In this document: positions 8,754 through 19,599 of the stretch, piece after piece
How positions within the stretch are numbered: the first letter of the stretch is position 1
How the letters are laid out: each line of letters starts with the position of its first letter
NCBI GenBank assembly: GCA_963734515.1
Contig: CAVTHP010000003.1
Coordinates: forward strand, 183,532-247,531
DNA length: 64,000 bases
From: an uncultured beta proteobacterium
GTDB lineage: Bacteria; Pseudomonadota; Gammaproteobacteria; Burkholderiales; Casimicrobiaceae
Direction: 5' to 3'
Notes under the pieces: model-generated
Database searches by the model: none
Told to the model about the DNA's origin: nothing
The model's input: the letters and a program-made list of their open reading frames with translations, nothing else
Position numbers and translations under genes: made by a program

Positions 8754-8802
8754 ACCCCCCACCGGGTCGACGCCCGCAACTGGAATCTTCTAGGGGATTG
8801 CC

Positions 8803-9951
8803 ATGAAGCGCAGTACCGATCGCTTTCTCACGACGCACACCGGCAGCCTGCCGAGGCCGGAAGACCTGATCCGGATGATGTACGCCAAGGAGGAGGGCGT
8901 GCCGGTCGACGCTGCCGCGCTTTCGCAGCGGGTGGCGTCCGCCGTCGCCGACGTCGTGCGCAAGCAGGCTGCCGCGGGCATCGACGTCGTCAATGACGGG
9001 GAGATGAGCAAGCCGAGCTATGCGACCTACATCAAGGATCGCCTGAGCGGATTCGGCGGCGCCGGCAACACGTTCGTGTACCAGGACCTGGCCAGCTTCC
9101 CGAGCCTCGAGAAGCGCGTGTTCGGCGATCCCGGTCGATCACGCCGGAAGACGCCCGCGTGCAATGCGGCGATCGGCGTGCGCGATCCGAAGGGCGCGCA
9201 GGACGACGTCGACCACCTGAAGGCGGCACTCGCATCGGTCGAAGTCCAGGACGCGTTCCTGACCGCGGCGTCGCCGGGCGTCGTGTCGCTGTTCTTCCGC
9301 AACGAGCACTACCCGACCGAGGAAGCGTACCTGTTCGCGATCGCGGACGCGATGCGGCAGGAGTACGAGACGATCGCCAACGCCGGCATCGTGCTGCAGA
9401 TCGACTGCCCCGATCTCGGGATGGGGCGGCACATCCAGTATGCCGACCTCAGCGTGGCGCAGTGGCGCAAGAAGGCGGAGCTTCACGTCGAGGCCCTCAA
9501 TCACGCCGTCGCGAACATCCACCCCGAGCAGCTCCGCATGCACCTGTGCTGGGGCAACTACGAGGGCCCGCACCACTGCGACGTGCCCCTGGCGGACGTC
9601 ATCGACATCGTGTTCCGCGCGCGGCCTTCCGCCATCGCCCTCGAGGCGGCCAATCCGCGCCACGCGCACGAATGGAAGCTGTTCGAGACCGTGAAGCTGC
9701 CGGAAGGCAAGCTGCTCATTCCGGGCGTCATCGAGTCCAAGTCGAACTTCATCGAGCATCCCGAGCTGATCGCGCAGCGCATCGGCCGTTACGCGCAGCT
9801 CGTGGGCCGGGAAAACGTGATCGCGGGCAGCGATTGCGGCTTCGGCACTTGGGTCGGGCAGGCCGCGGTCGATCCCGACGTCGTGTGGGCGAAGATGACC
9901 GCGATGGCCGAGGGCGCCCGCATCGCCTCCCGCGAGTTCTGGAAGCAATGA
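8803..9951 (+). CDS. Cobalamin-independent methionine synthase II family protein
   Basis: TTHTGSLPRP, GIDVVNDGE, HLCWGN (Zn ligands), SDCGFG. Confidence 0.93.
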   Translation: MKRSTDRFLTTHTGSLPRPEDLIRMMYAKEEGVPVDAAALSQRVASAVADVVRKQAAAGIDVVNDGEMSKPSYATYIKDRLSGFGGAGNTFVYQDLASFPSLEKRVFGDPGRSRRKTPACNAAIGVRDPKGAQDDVDHLKAALASVEVQDAFLTAASPGVVSLFFRNEHYPTEEAYLFAIADAMRQEYETIANAGIVLQIDCPDLGMGRHIQYADLSVAQWRKKAELHVEALNHAVANIHPEQLRMHLCWGNYEGPHHCDVPLADVIDIVFRARPSAIALEAANPRHAHEWKLFETVKLPEGKLLIPGVIESKSNFIEHPELIAQRIGRYAQLVGRENVIAGSDCGFGTWVGQAAVDPDVVWAKMTAMAEGARIASREFWKQ

Positions 9952-9972
9952 ATCGACCGCCGCAACTTTCTG

Positions 9973-10461
9973 TTGACGATTTGTCGAGCCATTGCGCGAA
10001 AGGATGCGGGCCGGGTCCTGGACGACGTGCTGGGCGAGCCGCGCCTTACCGCCAGCATCTACGCCTCCGTCACGGAGGCGCTCGCGGTCTCGTGTGACGT
10101 GTTCGTCGGGTACACCAAGCCGGACACCGCCAAGGCGAACATCCTGACCGCGCTCGAGCGGGGTGCGCACGTCGTGGTGGGAACCTCCGGTCTCACGGAT
10201 GGCGATTTCGCCGAGATCGACGCGTGCGCCCGCAAACAGCATCACGGCGTACTGGCCTGCGGCAACTTTGCCCTGACGGTCGTGCTGCTCCAGAAGTTTG
10301 CCGAATCCGCAGCCAGGCTCATCCCGCAATGGGAGATCATCGACTATGCGCACGACGACGAGGTCGACGCGTCGAGCGGCATGGCCCGCGAGCTCGCGAT
10401 CCGGAAGGTCTCGACCCTGGTGGGGGTCCACCGTGGTCTCGACTCCGTGCTCGATCTCTGA
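9973..10461 (+). pseudogene. DapB-like (4-hydroxy-tetrahydrodipicolinate reductase) remnant
   Basis: VVVGTSG, CGNF, WEIIDYAH..DASSG match DapB; N-terminal GxxG nucleotide-binding start missing; ARELA joined directly to the C-terminal IRKV. Confidence 0.72.
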
Positions 10462-10634
10462 GCGTCCGCGCCCGCCGGGCACGGTACTCCCGTGCTTCGA
10501 CAAGACAGATCGATCAGGCGGCAGGAGCGCTGGTCTCGATACATCAATCGCGCAGCTTGACTCCGCTGCGGCGGCCCCCATCTACATATGGGATTCCACG
10601 CCACGGGATGGGCTGCGGCGTTAACATTGACGCC

Positions 10635-11414
10635 ATGCCGGCCGCATCGCCAATCCGCTTCACCGTCGCGACCTACAACATCCACAAGGGATTCTCGCAG
10701 CTCAAGCGGCGGGTGGTGATACACGAGCTGCGCGAGCGGCTGCGCGGCCTCGACGCGGACATCGTGTTCCTGCAGGAAGTGCTGCACACCCACGAGCGGC
10801 ACGCCAATCGCTACGTCAATTGGCCGGGCAGCCCGCAGCACGAGTTCATCGCGGATGCGTACTGGCACGAGGTCGCGTACGGCAAGAATGCCGTCTACCC
10901 GCACGGCCACCACGGCAATGCGCTGCTGTCGCGGTACCCGATGCTGGCGCAGGAAAACCTCGACATTTCAGCACACCTGTTCGAGAGCCGCGGGCTGCTG
11001 CACTGCGAGATCGAGCTGGGCGAGGGCCAGCCGAGTCTCCATTGCATCAACGTCCACCTGGGGCTCTTCGAGCGCGGGCGGCAGCTGCAGATCCACGCGC
11101 TCGTCGACCGGATCAAGGCGACCGTGCCGCATTCGGCGCCGCTGATCATCGCCGGTGACTTCAACGACTGGCGCAGCAAGGGCGACCGCACGCTGACCGA
11201 TGCGCTGAACCTGGTCGAGGTGTTCGAGGAAGTCACCGGGCGACCGGCGCGCACCTACCCATCGCTGCTCCCCGTGTTCAGACTGGACCGGATCTACGCG
11301 CGAGGACTGAAAGTCGTCGACGCCAAGGTCCACTACGTGACCGCGGGGGTGCGGATGTCGGATCACGCCGCGCTCGCGGCGACCTTCGAGCTCGCTCCAA
11401 AGCGCAAGCACTGA
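10635..11414 (+). CDS. Endonuclease/exonuclease/phosphatase family protein (YbhP-like)
   Basis: TYNIHKG, LQEV, GDFND, LDRIY, SDH motifs; adjacent to clsB. Confidence 0.92.
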   Translation: MPAASPIRFTVATYNIHKGFSQLKRRVVIHELRERLRGLDADIVFLQEVLHTHERHANRYVNWPGSPQHEFIADAYWHEVAYGKNAVYPHGHHGNALLSRYPMLAQENLDISAHLFESRGLLHCEIELGEGQPSLHCINVHLGLFERGRQLQIHALVDRIKATVPHSAPLIIAGDFNDWRSKGDRTLTDALNLVEVFEEVTGRPARTYPSLLPVFRLDRIYARGLKVVDAKVHYVTAGVRMSDHAALAATFELAPKRKH

Positions 11415-11437
11415 ACGTGCGCATCGCCGGCCTCGCA

Positions 11438-12625
11438 ATGAACCGCTACACGGCGGGGAACTCCGTGACGCTGCTGCGCAACGGCGCCGAGTACTTTCCC
11501 GCGCTGCTGGAGGCGTTCGCGGTGGCCGAGCGCGAGATCTGGCTCGAGACCTACATTTTCGCCGACGACGCGGCGGGACGCCGGATCGCCGACGCGCTCG
11601 TCGAAGCCGCCGTACGAGGCGTTGTCGTGCGCGTTCTGGTCGACGGCTGGGGTGCTCGCCATTACCTGACCGATGAGCTGGAGCGTCATCTGGTGGGTGG
11701 TGGCGTCGACCTCCTCAAATACCGGCCTGAGATCGCACCGTGGCAGTTCCGCTCGCATCGGCTGCGTCGCCTGCACCGCAAGCTGTGCCACGTCGATGGG
11801 CGCATCGCATTCGTCGGTGGCATCAACGTCATCGACGACATGCACACCCCGGGCCACAAGCCGCCGCGCGTCGATTTTGCCGTCTGCGTGCGCGGTCCGC
11901 TGCTGGCGCCCATCGTGCAGACGATGCAGCGCGTATGGGCGATCGTCGAGTTCACGCAGCTTCGAAGCTCCGCGGTTCCGTTGTTCGCCGACGAGCATCC
12001 GGTGGCCCCCACGGGTACGCAGACGGCGAAGTTCACGATCCGCGACAATCTGCGCCATCGCCGCGACATCGAACGCGCCTATCTCGCCGCGCTGCGCACT
12101 GCCCGTTCCGAGATCGTCATCGCCACCGCGTATTTCTTTCCGGGGGTGAGGTTCCGGCGCGCCTTGGTCGCGGCGGCAACGCGCGGCGTCCACGTGACGC
12201 TGCTGCTGCAGGCCCGCGTCGAGTTCAAGCTCCTGCACTGGGCGTCACGCGCGCTGTACGGGCAGCTGCTGACGGCCGGGGTCGCGATCCAGGAATATCA
12301 TCGATCGTTCCTGCACGCCAAGGTCGCCGTCGTCGACTCGCGATGGGCGACCGTCGGGTCGTCGAACATCGATCCCTACTCGTTCCTGATGGCCCGTGAA
12401 GCCAACGTATTCGTCCGCGATCGCGTGTTCGCACACGAACTGCGCGCAGAGCTGGTGAACATGATCGAGTCCGGGGCGCGTCCCGTACCGCCGCAGGACT
12501 GGGCGCAGCGCTCGCGCTTCGCCAAAGGGCTGTCGTGGGTCGCCTATGGCGTCGTCCGCGTGGCGATGGGCGTCCTGCGCTACGGCGGCGACGAATGGTG
12601 GCGCAGCGGGTGGCCGCGGCGTTAA
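11438..12625 (+). CDS. clsB: Cardiolipin synthase B
   Basis: Two PLD HKD motifs (HRKLCHVD, HAKVAVVD). Confidence 0.9.
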   Translation: MNRYTAGNSVTLLRNGAEYFPALLEAFAVAEREIWLETYIFADDAAGRRIADALVEAAVRGVVVRVLVDGWGARHYLTDELERHLVGGGVDLLKYRPEIAPWQFRSHRLRRLHRKLCHVDGRIAFVGGINVIDDMHTPGHKPPRVDFAVCVRGPLLAPIVQTMQRVWAIVEFTQLRSSAVPLFADEHPVAPTGTQTAKFTIRDNLRHRRDIERAYLAALRTARSEIVIATAYFFPGVRFRRALVAAATRGVHVTLLLQARVEFKLLHWASRALYGQLLTAGVAIQEYHRSFLHAKVAVVDSRWATVGSSNIDPYSFLMAREANVFVRDRVFAHELRAELVNMIESGARPVPPQDWAQRSRFAKGLSWVAYGVVRVAMGVLRYGGDEWWRSGWPRR

Positions 12626-12708
12626 ATTGGGGTCAGAGCTGTAATACTTTACGAGGTGTACCCGATGTCGTCGATCGCTATTGCGTATTACAGCTCTGAC
12701 CCCAATTT
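12624..12708. repeat. Palindromic intergenic element, family A
   Basis: 24-bp perfect arms AAATTGGGGTCAGAGCTGTAATAC / GTATTACAGCTCTGACCCCAATTT. Confidence 0.93.
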
Positions 12709-12736
12709 TTGCTGACGCCGAATTCCAGGCCCATCC

Positions 12737-14662
12737 ATGCGCCATCGCTCGAGCTCCCTGCCACTGCCCGCCGACAGCGCAACGCCGCGCACGCGGCGCG
12801 GCGACTGGCAGACGATCCGCACGCTGCTCCCTTATCTCTGGGAGTACCGCGTGCGCGTCTCCGTGGCCCTCACGTGCCTCGTCATCGCCAAGCTCGCGAA
12901 CGTCGGCGTGCCGCTGGTGATGAAGCGGATCGTCGACAGCCTCGATCAGCGCACGGCGATGCTGGCGGTTCCGCTCGCTCTGCTGGTTGCGTACGGCCTG
13001 CTGCGGCTGTCGACGACGCTGTTCACCGAGCTGCGCGAATACCTTTTCGCCAAGGTGACGCAGCGCGCGGTGCGCAAGATCGGGCTCAAGGTGTTCCGGC
13101 ACCTGCATGCGCTGTCGCTGCGTTTCCACCTTGGACGGCAGACCGGCGGGCTGACGCGCGACGTCGAGCGCGGGCAGCGCGGCATATCGGCGCTGATCAG
13201 CTTCACACTGTTCTCGATCCTCCCGACGCTGGTCGAGATCGCGCTGGTGTCGGGAATCCTGATCGAGCGCTACGACTGGACGTTCATGGCGATCACCGCC
13301 GTGGCGCTCCTGATCTACATCTTCTTCACGGTGACGATCACCGAGTGGCGCACGCATTTCAGGCGCGAGATGAACGAGCTCGACTCCAAGGCCAACACGC
13401 GCGCGATCGACAGCCTGCTGAACTACGAGACGGTCAAGTACTTCGGCAACGAGGAATGGGAGGCGACGCGCTACGACGAAAGCCTGCAGCGCTGGGAGAA
13501 GGCCGCGGTCAGGAGCCAGACGTCGCTGTCGGCGCTCAATGTCGGGCAGAGCGCGATCATCGCCGTCGCGGTGGCGCTGATCATGTGGCGTGCGACGGTC
13601 GGCGTGGTCGCCGGCAAGATGACCATCGGCGACCTGGTGCTGGTCAACGCGTTCATGATCCAGCTCTACATCCCGCTCAATTTCCTCGGAGTCCTCTACC
13701 GCGAGATCAAGCAGGCGCTGGCCGACATGGAGCGTCTGTTCCGCCTGGTCGGCGAGAATGCAGAGGTCACCGACCGGCCGGGCGCGCCGCCGCTCGCCAC
13801 CCGCGGCGCCGCGGTCCGCTTCGAGCACGTCGACTTCGCCTACGAGCGGAACCGGCAGATCCTGCACGACGTGACGTTCTCGATCCCGGCCGGGCACAAC
13901 GTGGCGGTCGTGGGTCCGTCGGGATCGGGCAAGTCGACGCTGGCGCGGCTGCTCTATCGCTTCTATGACGTCACCGGCGGTCGCATCGTCATCGACGGGC
14001 AGGACCTGCGCGACGTGCAGCAGTCGACGCTGCGCGAAGCCATCGGCATCGTTCCGCAGGACACGGTGCTGTTCAACGATTCGATCGAGTACAACATCGC
14101 CTACGGCCGGCCCGGCGCATCGCATGACGAGGTCGTGCAAGCGGCGCGCCTCGCCCAGATCCACGATTTCGTCGCCGGGCTCCCCGAGGGCTACCAGACG
14201 CCGGTGGGCGAGCGCGGGCTGAAGCTCTCCGGCGGCGAGAAGCAGCGGGTCGCGATCGCGCGCGCGATCCTCAAGGATCCGGCAATCCTGATCTTCGACG
14301 AGGCGACCTCCGCCCTCGACTCCAAGTCGGAGAAAGCGATCCAGGCCGAGCTGAAGCAGATCGCGCGCGACCGGACCACCCTGACCATCGCGCATCGTCT
14401 GTCGACGATCGTCGATGCCGACGAGATCCTGGTGCTCGAGCATGGCCGGATCATCGAGCGCGGCACCCACGCGGCGTTGCTCGCGGCCGACGGCGCCTAT
14501 TCGAGAATGTGGCGCCTGCAGCAGGACGAGCGGCGCTTGGGTGTGGGGGAGGGGGCTGGCGCCCTGGCCGCGGAAGCTCCGGAGAGCGATGCCGGGGGCC
14601 TGCGCGAGCCCAACGTGGCACCGGCGGCTGCGGCCGCCGCAACAGTCCGAGGGGCGTTGTAG
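12737..14662 (+). CDS. ATM1/ABCB-type ABC transporter, fused permease and ATPase
   Basis: GPSGSGKS, LSGGEKQR, IFDEATSALD; LHALSLRFHL and LLNYETVKYF typical of ATM1. Confidence 0.93.
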   Translation: MRHRSSSLPLPADSATPRTRRGDWQTIRTLLPYLWEYRVRVSVALTCLVIAKLANVGVPLVMKRIVDSLDQRTAMLAVPLALLVAYGLLRLSTTLFTELREYLFAKVTQRAVRKIGLKVFRHLHALSLRFHLGRQTGGLTRDVERGQRGISALISFTLFSILPTLVEIALVSGILIERYDWTFMAITAVALLIYIFFTVTITEWRTHFRREMNELDSKANTRAIDSLLNYETVKYFGNEEWEATRYDESLQRWEKAAVRSQTSLSALNVGQSAIIAVAVALIMWRATVGVVAGKMTIGDLVLVNAFMIQLYIPLNFLGVLYREIKQALADMERLFRLVGENAEVTDRPGAPPLATRGAAVRFEHVDFAYERNRQILHDVTFSIPAGHNVAVVGPSGSGKSTLARLLYRFYDVTGGRIVIDGQDLRDVQQSTLREAIGIVPQDTVLFNDSIEYNIAYGRPGASHDEVVQAARLAQIHDFVAGLPEGYQTPVGERGLKLSGGEKQRVAIARAILKDPAILIFDEATSALDSKSEKAIQAELKQIARDRTTLTIAHRLSTIVDADEILVLEHGRIIERGTHAALLAADGAYSRMWRLQQDERRLGVGEGAGALAAEAPESDAGGLREPNVAPAAAAAATVRGAL

Positions 14663-14741
14663 CCTACTTGTTCCAGAAGACTGTTGACTCGCCGACGGGG
14701 CATGTGCGATAACGCCCTTGAAAATTCTGAGGTTCTTGCTG

Positions 14742-15695
14742 ATGAAGCGTCTGCTACCTATTGTTTTTGCGAGTCTTGTCGCTGCCCACGCTTGGGCAGG
14801 CCCAACGACGCCCGATCCCGCGCGCCTGAAGCTCGGCTCGGCGAACGTGCTGGTGCTCGACGCGGACTCGGATCGCCCCGTCTATGCGAAGGCGGCTGAC
14901 GAGGTGACGCCGATCGCATCGGTGACCAAGCTGATGACCGCGATGGTCGTTCTCGATGCGCATCAGCCAATGGACGAGCCGATCGAGATCGACAAGGACG
15001 ATATCGATTACCTGAAGGGCAGCCATTCGCGCCTCGGAATGGGCGCGACGCTGTCGCGGCGCGAGATGCTCCGCCTCGCGCTGATGTCGTCCGAGAACCG
15101 CGCTGCATCGTCGCTCGCACGGTATTACCCCGGAGGCACCGTCGCCGCGGTCGCCGCGATGAACCAGAAGGCGGCCGAGCTCGGCATGACGCACACGCAT
15201 TACTCGGATCCGACGGGGTTGTCGCCGCAAAACGTGTCGACGGCCGTCGACCTCGCGAAGCTCGTGCAGGTGGCCGCGAGCTATCCGCTGATCCGCCAGT
15301 TCACGACGACGCCCGAGCATTCGGTCGAGATCAACCCGACCGGCCGGACGCTGGGCTTCCTCAATTCGAACGCCCTGGTGCGCGGCCATTCCTGGGACAT
15401 CATGTTGCAGAAGACCGGCTACATCAACGAAGCCGGCCGCTGCGTCGTCATGCTGGTCAACATCGCGAGCAAGCCGTTCGTGATCGTGCTGCTCGATTCG
15501 TTCGGCAAGTACACGCGGTTCGCGGACGCGCAGCGCGTCAAGTACTGGCTGGAGACCGGCCGGACGCTGGCGCTGGGCAACCCCAGGCGCGCGCATGTCG
15601 CGAAGGTCAGGAATACGCACGTCAAGGCGCGTCACGTCGTGCGCGCCAGCACCAAGCCGCGGTTCATCGCAACCGCCGCCAACACCCGCCGCTGA
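14742..15695 (+). CDS. pbpG: D-alanyl-D-alanine endopeptidase (PBP7-like, peptidase S11)
   Basis: SVTK, SEN and KTG motifs; signal peptide. Confidence 0.85.
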   Translation: MKRLLPIVFASLVAAHAWAGPTTPDPARLKLGSANVLVLDADSDRPVYAKAADEVTPIASVTKLMTAMVVLDAHQPMDEPIEIDKDDIDYLKGSHSRLGMGATLSRREMLRLALMSSENRAASSLARYYPGGTVAAVAAMNQKAAELGMTHTHYSDPTGLSPQNVSTAVDLAKLVQVAASYPLIRQFTTTPEHSVEINPTGRTLGFLNSNALVRGHSWDIMLQKTGYINEAGRCVVMLVNIASKPFVIVLLDSFGKYTRFADAQRVKYWLETGRTLALGNPRRAHVAKVRNTHVKARHVVRASTKPRFIATAANTRR

Positions 15696-17369
15696 TCACG
15701 GAGTGCCTGAGCGGCGGTGCTGCTCGTAGAGCTCCTTCGCGTGGGCGCGCGTCTTGGACGTGATCGCGCTGCCCGCGAGCATTCGCGCCAGTTCGTCGAT
15801 TCTCGCATTGGCTGCGAGCAGCGCGAGTCCGCTCGCCACCTGCTCGCCGTCGCCGGTCCTGGCGACGCGATAATGGTGGTCGGCATGCGCGGCGACCTGG
15901 GGCAGGTGGGTCACGCATAGCACCTGGCGGCGCGTCCCGAGGGCCTGCAGCATCCTGCCCACGGTCGCGGCAACCGGACCGCCGATGCCGGTGTCGACCT
16001 CGTCGAAGACCAGGGTCGGGATGTCACCGACGTCGCTCGCTGCGACGTGGATCGCCAGTGCGACGCGCGCGAGCTCGCCGCCCGACGCGACGTGCGAGAG
16101 CGGACCGACGGGCTGCTTCGGATGCGTCGCGATGCGGAATTCGACGCTCTCGCGCCCATGGCTCGTGGGCGCGCTCTCGGGGCTCAGCGCGATCTCGAGG
16201 CGGCCGCCTGCCATCGCGAGCTCGTGCATGGCCGTGGTCACCCGCGCCGACAGCGCTTTGGCCGCGGCCTTGCGTCCTTCGCCCAGCTTGCGCGCGAGGG
16301 CGTCGTAACGCGCAAGCGCCTCGTCGACGGCATTGTTGAGTGTGCGGGCGTCGGTCGCCTGGTCGAGCTCCTGCAGCCGTTGCGCGGTCGCCTCCTGCAG
16401 CGCCGGCAGTTCCTCGGGGCGGACGCGGTGCTTGCGCGCCAGGTCGTGGATCGCACCGAGGCGGGCCTCGACCCGCGCCAGCTCACCGGGATCGAGATCG
16501 AGGCGCCTTTGATAATCGCGCAGTGCGCGCGCAGCCTCGTCGAGCTGGATCGCCGCCGGCGAGACGAGATCGACGACAGCGGCGAGCGCCGGGTCGAATT
16601 CGGCCGCCTGGCTCAGCCGGTGAACCAGTTGCGCGATGCGCGTCGCCAGCGCGTCGTCGCCTTCGGAGAGGGCGATCGACGCCTGCGTCGTCGCGTCGAG
16701 CAAGCCCGCGGCGTTGGCAAGGCGCCGCTGCGCCGCCGCGAGCTCGTCCCATTCGCCGGCTGCCAGCGCGAGGACAGCGAGGTCGCGCTGGCGATCGACG
16801 AGCCGCTCGCGCTCCTCCGCGCTGGCGCGCGCATTGGCCGCGGCCGCGTCGCGCCGGTCCAGCGCATCGCGCCAGGCGCGCCACGCCGCCGCGACCTCGG
16901 CCGCGAGCGGCGCGAGCCTGCCGTAGCCATCCAGCATGTCGCGCTGGGCCCCGGCGCCCGCCAGCGCCTGGTGCGCATGCTGGCCGTGCAGGTCGAGCAG
17001 CATCGCACCCACCTCCGCAAGCTGCGCGAGCGTCGCCGGCCGGCCATTGATCCACGCGCGGCTCCTGCCCTGTGCGTCCAGCACACGGCGCAGCAGCAGC
17101 TCGGTGCCAGACTCGAGCTCGCGCGCTGCGAGCCAGTCGCGCGCGGCGGGTTGCGTTGCGACATCGAAAGCCGCCGCGAGCTCGGCGCGCGCAGCGCCCG
17201 GCCGCAACTGGCGCAGCTCGAAGCGGTCGCCCAGCAACAGCGCGAGCGCGTCGAGGAGGATCGACTTGCCGGCGCCCGTCTCGCCGGTGAGGACCGAGAA
17301 GCCGGCGTCGAACTCGACGTCCAGCGCGTCGACGACCACGAAGTTGCGTATCGACAGCAGGCGCAGCAT
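15696..17369 (-). CDS. recN: DNA repair protein RecN
   Basis: TGETGAGKS, ASGGELAR, FDEVDTGIGG, VTHLPQVA. Confidence 0.96.
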   Translation of the reverse strand: MLRLLSIRNFVVVDALDVEFDAGFSVLTGETGAGKSILLDALALLLGDRFELRQLRPGAARAELAAAFDVATQPAARDWLAARELESGTELLLRRVLDAQGRSRAWINGRPATLAQLAEVGAMLLDLHGQHAHQALAGAGAQRDMLDGYGRLAPLAAEVAAAWRAWRDALDRRDAAAANARASAEERERLVDRQRDLAVLALAAGEWDELAAAQRRLANAAGLLDATTQASIALSEGDDALATRIAQLVHRLSQAAEFDPALAAVVDLVSPAAIQLDEAARALRDYQRRLDLDPGELARVEARLGAIHDLARKHRVRPEELPALQEATAQRLQELDQATDARTLNNAVDEALARYDALARKLGEGRKAAAKALSARVTTAMHELAMAGGRLEIALSPESAPTSHGRESVEFRIATHPKQPVGPLSHVASGGELARVALAIHVAASDVGDIPTLVFDEVDTGIGGPVAATVGRMLQALGTRRQVLCVTHLPQVAAHADHHYRVARTGDGEQVASGLALLAANARIDELARMLAGSAITSKTRAHAKELYEQHRRSGTP

Positions 17370-17426
17370 GCGATCAGCCGCGACCCCGCACGCAGGCGTC
17401 GGCGGCCCGCGGGTTGGAAGCGCGAG

Positions 17427-18356
17427 TCATCGGAGCGTGCCGCCGGGGTTGAGCCGCTCCGGTGTCTCGCTCCAGTGCAGCTTCTGCCGCAGCATCGCGA
17501 AGTAGTCGTACTGCTCGGGATGCAGGAAGCGCGCGGTGTGGGGCGCGCGCTGCATCGACACGCGATCGCCTTCGGCGAGATCGAAATGCGCCTGGCCGTC
17601 GCAGTGGACGGCTGCATCGCGACCGCGGCTGACGCTGATCGCGATGATCGCGCTGTCGGGCACCGCGATCGGCCGGTGGGTCAGCGCGTGCGGCGCGACA
17701 GGGACCAGCGCGAAAGCGGGCACTGCCTGCGCGATGATCGGACCGCCCGTCGACAGTGCGTACGCCGTCGAGCCGGTCGGTGTGGCGACGATCACGCCGT
17801 CGGCGCGCATCGCGTAGACGAAGCGGCCGTCGATCTCCACGACGCATTCGATCATCGAACCGAGTCCGCCGCGGTTGACGACCACCTCGTTCAAGGCGAG
17901 CGCCTCGGCGCGCGTGCCGTCGCCGCGCATGACGGTGGCGGTGATCAGCGTGCGGCGCTCCTCGACGTGGCGGCCGTCGAGCATCGCGCCGAGGGTTTGC
18001 TCGACTTCCGAGATCGGGATGTCGGTCAGGAAGCCGAGGCGGCCCAGGTTCACGCCGATCAGCGGCACGCCGTGGGGGGCCAGCGTGCGGGCAACCGACA
18101 GCATCGTTCCGTCGCCGCCCAGCACGATGGCGAGATCGGTGGCGCCGCGCAGCGCCTCGTCGGGGAGAACGGGTGCTTCCGGCGCACCGACGAACCGGGC
18201 GGTCTCCGCGTCGAGCGCGACGGTGTGCCCGCGCTTGCGCAGGAACCCGGCGATGCGCTCCAGCGGCTCGACGATCCCCGGGTCGCCGTGGCGGCCGATC
18301 AGCGCCACCCGGGCGAAACGCGACGGGGCGGAGCTTGCGGGGGCAGAGGCGGGCAT
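17427..18356 (-). CDS. nadK: NAD kinase
   Basis: GGDGT, ALNE, TPTGSTAYALS. Confidence 0.95.
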   Translation of the reverse strand: MPASAPASSAPSRFARVALIGRHGDPGIVEPLERIAGFLRKRGHTVALDAETARFVGAPEAPVLPDEALRGATDLAIVLGGDGTMLSVARTLAPHGVPLIGVNLGRLGFLTDIPISEVEQTLGAMLDGRHVEERRTLITATVMRGDGTRAEALALNEVVVNRGGLGSMIECVVEIDGRFVYAMRADGVIVATPTGSTAYALSTGGPIIAQAVPAFALVPVAPHALTHRPIAVPDSAIIAISVSRGRDAAVHCDGQAHFDLAEGDRVSMQRAPHTARFLHPEQYDYFAMLRQKLHWSETPERLNPGGTLR

Positions 18357-18499
18357 CCGGCGATTAAACCATACGGGGGCTGCGGCACGGGGTCGGCCGC
18401 ATGGCCGGTGGAAGCCGCCTGGCGGTCCCCGGCGACGTTGGCGCGACGCACGGTAAACTACCGGTACGGCGAGCGCCGTCACGGCGCCGCCGCCCATGA

Positions 18500-19534
18500 A
18501 TGGCCATGCTCGATCCTCGCGCCCAACACCTGCTGAAGACGCTCGTCGAGCGCTACATCGCCGAAGGGCAGCCGGTCGGCTCGCGCGCGCTCTCCCGCCA
18601 TTCGGGGCTCGAATTGTCGCCGGCGACGGTGCGCAACGTGATGGCGGACCTCGAGGAGCTCGGTTTCATCACCAGCCCCCACACGTCGGCCGGGCGCGTG
18701 CCGACCCCGCGCGGCTACCGGTTCTTCGTCGACAGCCTGATGGTGATGAAGCCGCTCGAGCAGGTCGAGATCCACCGGCTCGAAGGGGAGTTGAGCGCCG
18801 ATCGCCCGCAGCAGATCGTCAGCACCGCGGTCTCGCTGCTCTCGCAGCTGACGCAGTTCGCGGGCGTCATCGTGACGCCGAGGCGTCGCGAGGCGGCTTT
18901 CCGGCACATCGAGTTCCTGCGCCTTTCGGAGAAGCGCGTGCTGCTGATCGTCGTCACCCAGGACGGCGACGTGCAGAACCGCATCCTGCACACCGAGCGC
19001 GCGTACACACCGTCGCAGCTTGCCGAGGCGACCAACTTCTTCAACCAGAATTTCGCCGGGCAACCGCTGACCGCGATCCGCGGGCGCCTCGCCGACGAAT
19101 TGCGCGCGCTGCACGACGATATCGCGGGCCTGATGAAGGCGGCGGTCGATGCCGGCGAGGGCGCGCTCGCCGAGGGCGAGGCGCTGGTCGTCACCGGCGA
19201 GCGCAACCTGCTCAACGCGGACGATCTCGCGTCGAACATGCAGCGCCTGCGTCGCCTGTTCGACCTGTTCGAGCAGAAGACCTCGCTGCTGCACCTGCTC
19301 GACGTGTCGCAGCGCGCGCAGGGGGTGCAGATCTACATCGGCGAGGAATCCGGCCTGGTGCCCCTCGACGATTGCAGCGTCGTGACGGCGAGCTACGAGG
19401 TGGGCGGGCAGGTGATCGGCACGCTGGGGGTCATCGGGCCCACGCGCATGGCCTACGAGCGCGTCATTCCGATCGTCGACATCACCGCCAAGCTGCTGTC
19501 GAACGCGCTCGCTCGCGAGCTCGGCGACGACTGA
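18500..19534 (+). CDS. hrcA: Heat-inducible transcription repressor
   Basis: [33 protein letters not shown]. Confidence 0.96.
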   Translation: MAMLDPRAQHLLKTLVERYIAEGQPVGSRALSRHSGLELSPATVRNVMADLEELGFITSPHTSAGRVPTPRGYRFFVDSLMVMKPLEQVEIHRLEGELSADRPQQIVSTAVSLLSQLTQFAGVIVTPRRREAAFRHIEFLRLSEKRVLLIVVTQDGDVQNRILHTERAYTPSQLAEATNFFNQNFAGQPLTAIRGRLADELRALHDDIAGLMKAAVDAGEGALAEGEALVVTGERNLLNADDLASNMQRLRRLFDLFEQKTSLLHLLDVSQRAQGVQIYIGEESGLVPLDDCSVVTASYEVGGQVIGTLGVIGPTRMAYERVIPIVDITAKLLSNALARELGDD

Positions 19535-19599
19535 CTCGCGGGCCGTCGGGCGCCAGGGTCTACAACCTCCGTGACCTGAAGGCCCCGAGCGGTCCGTCC

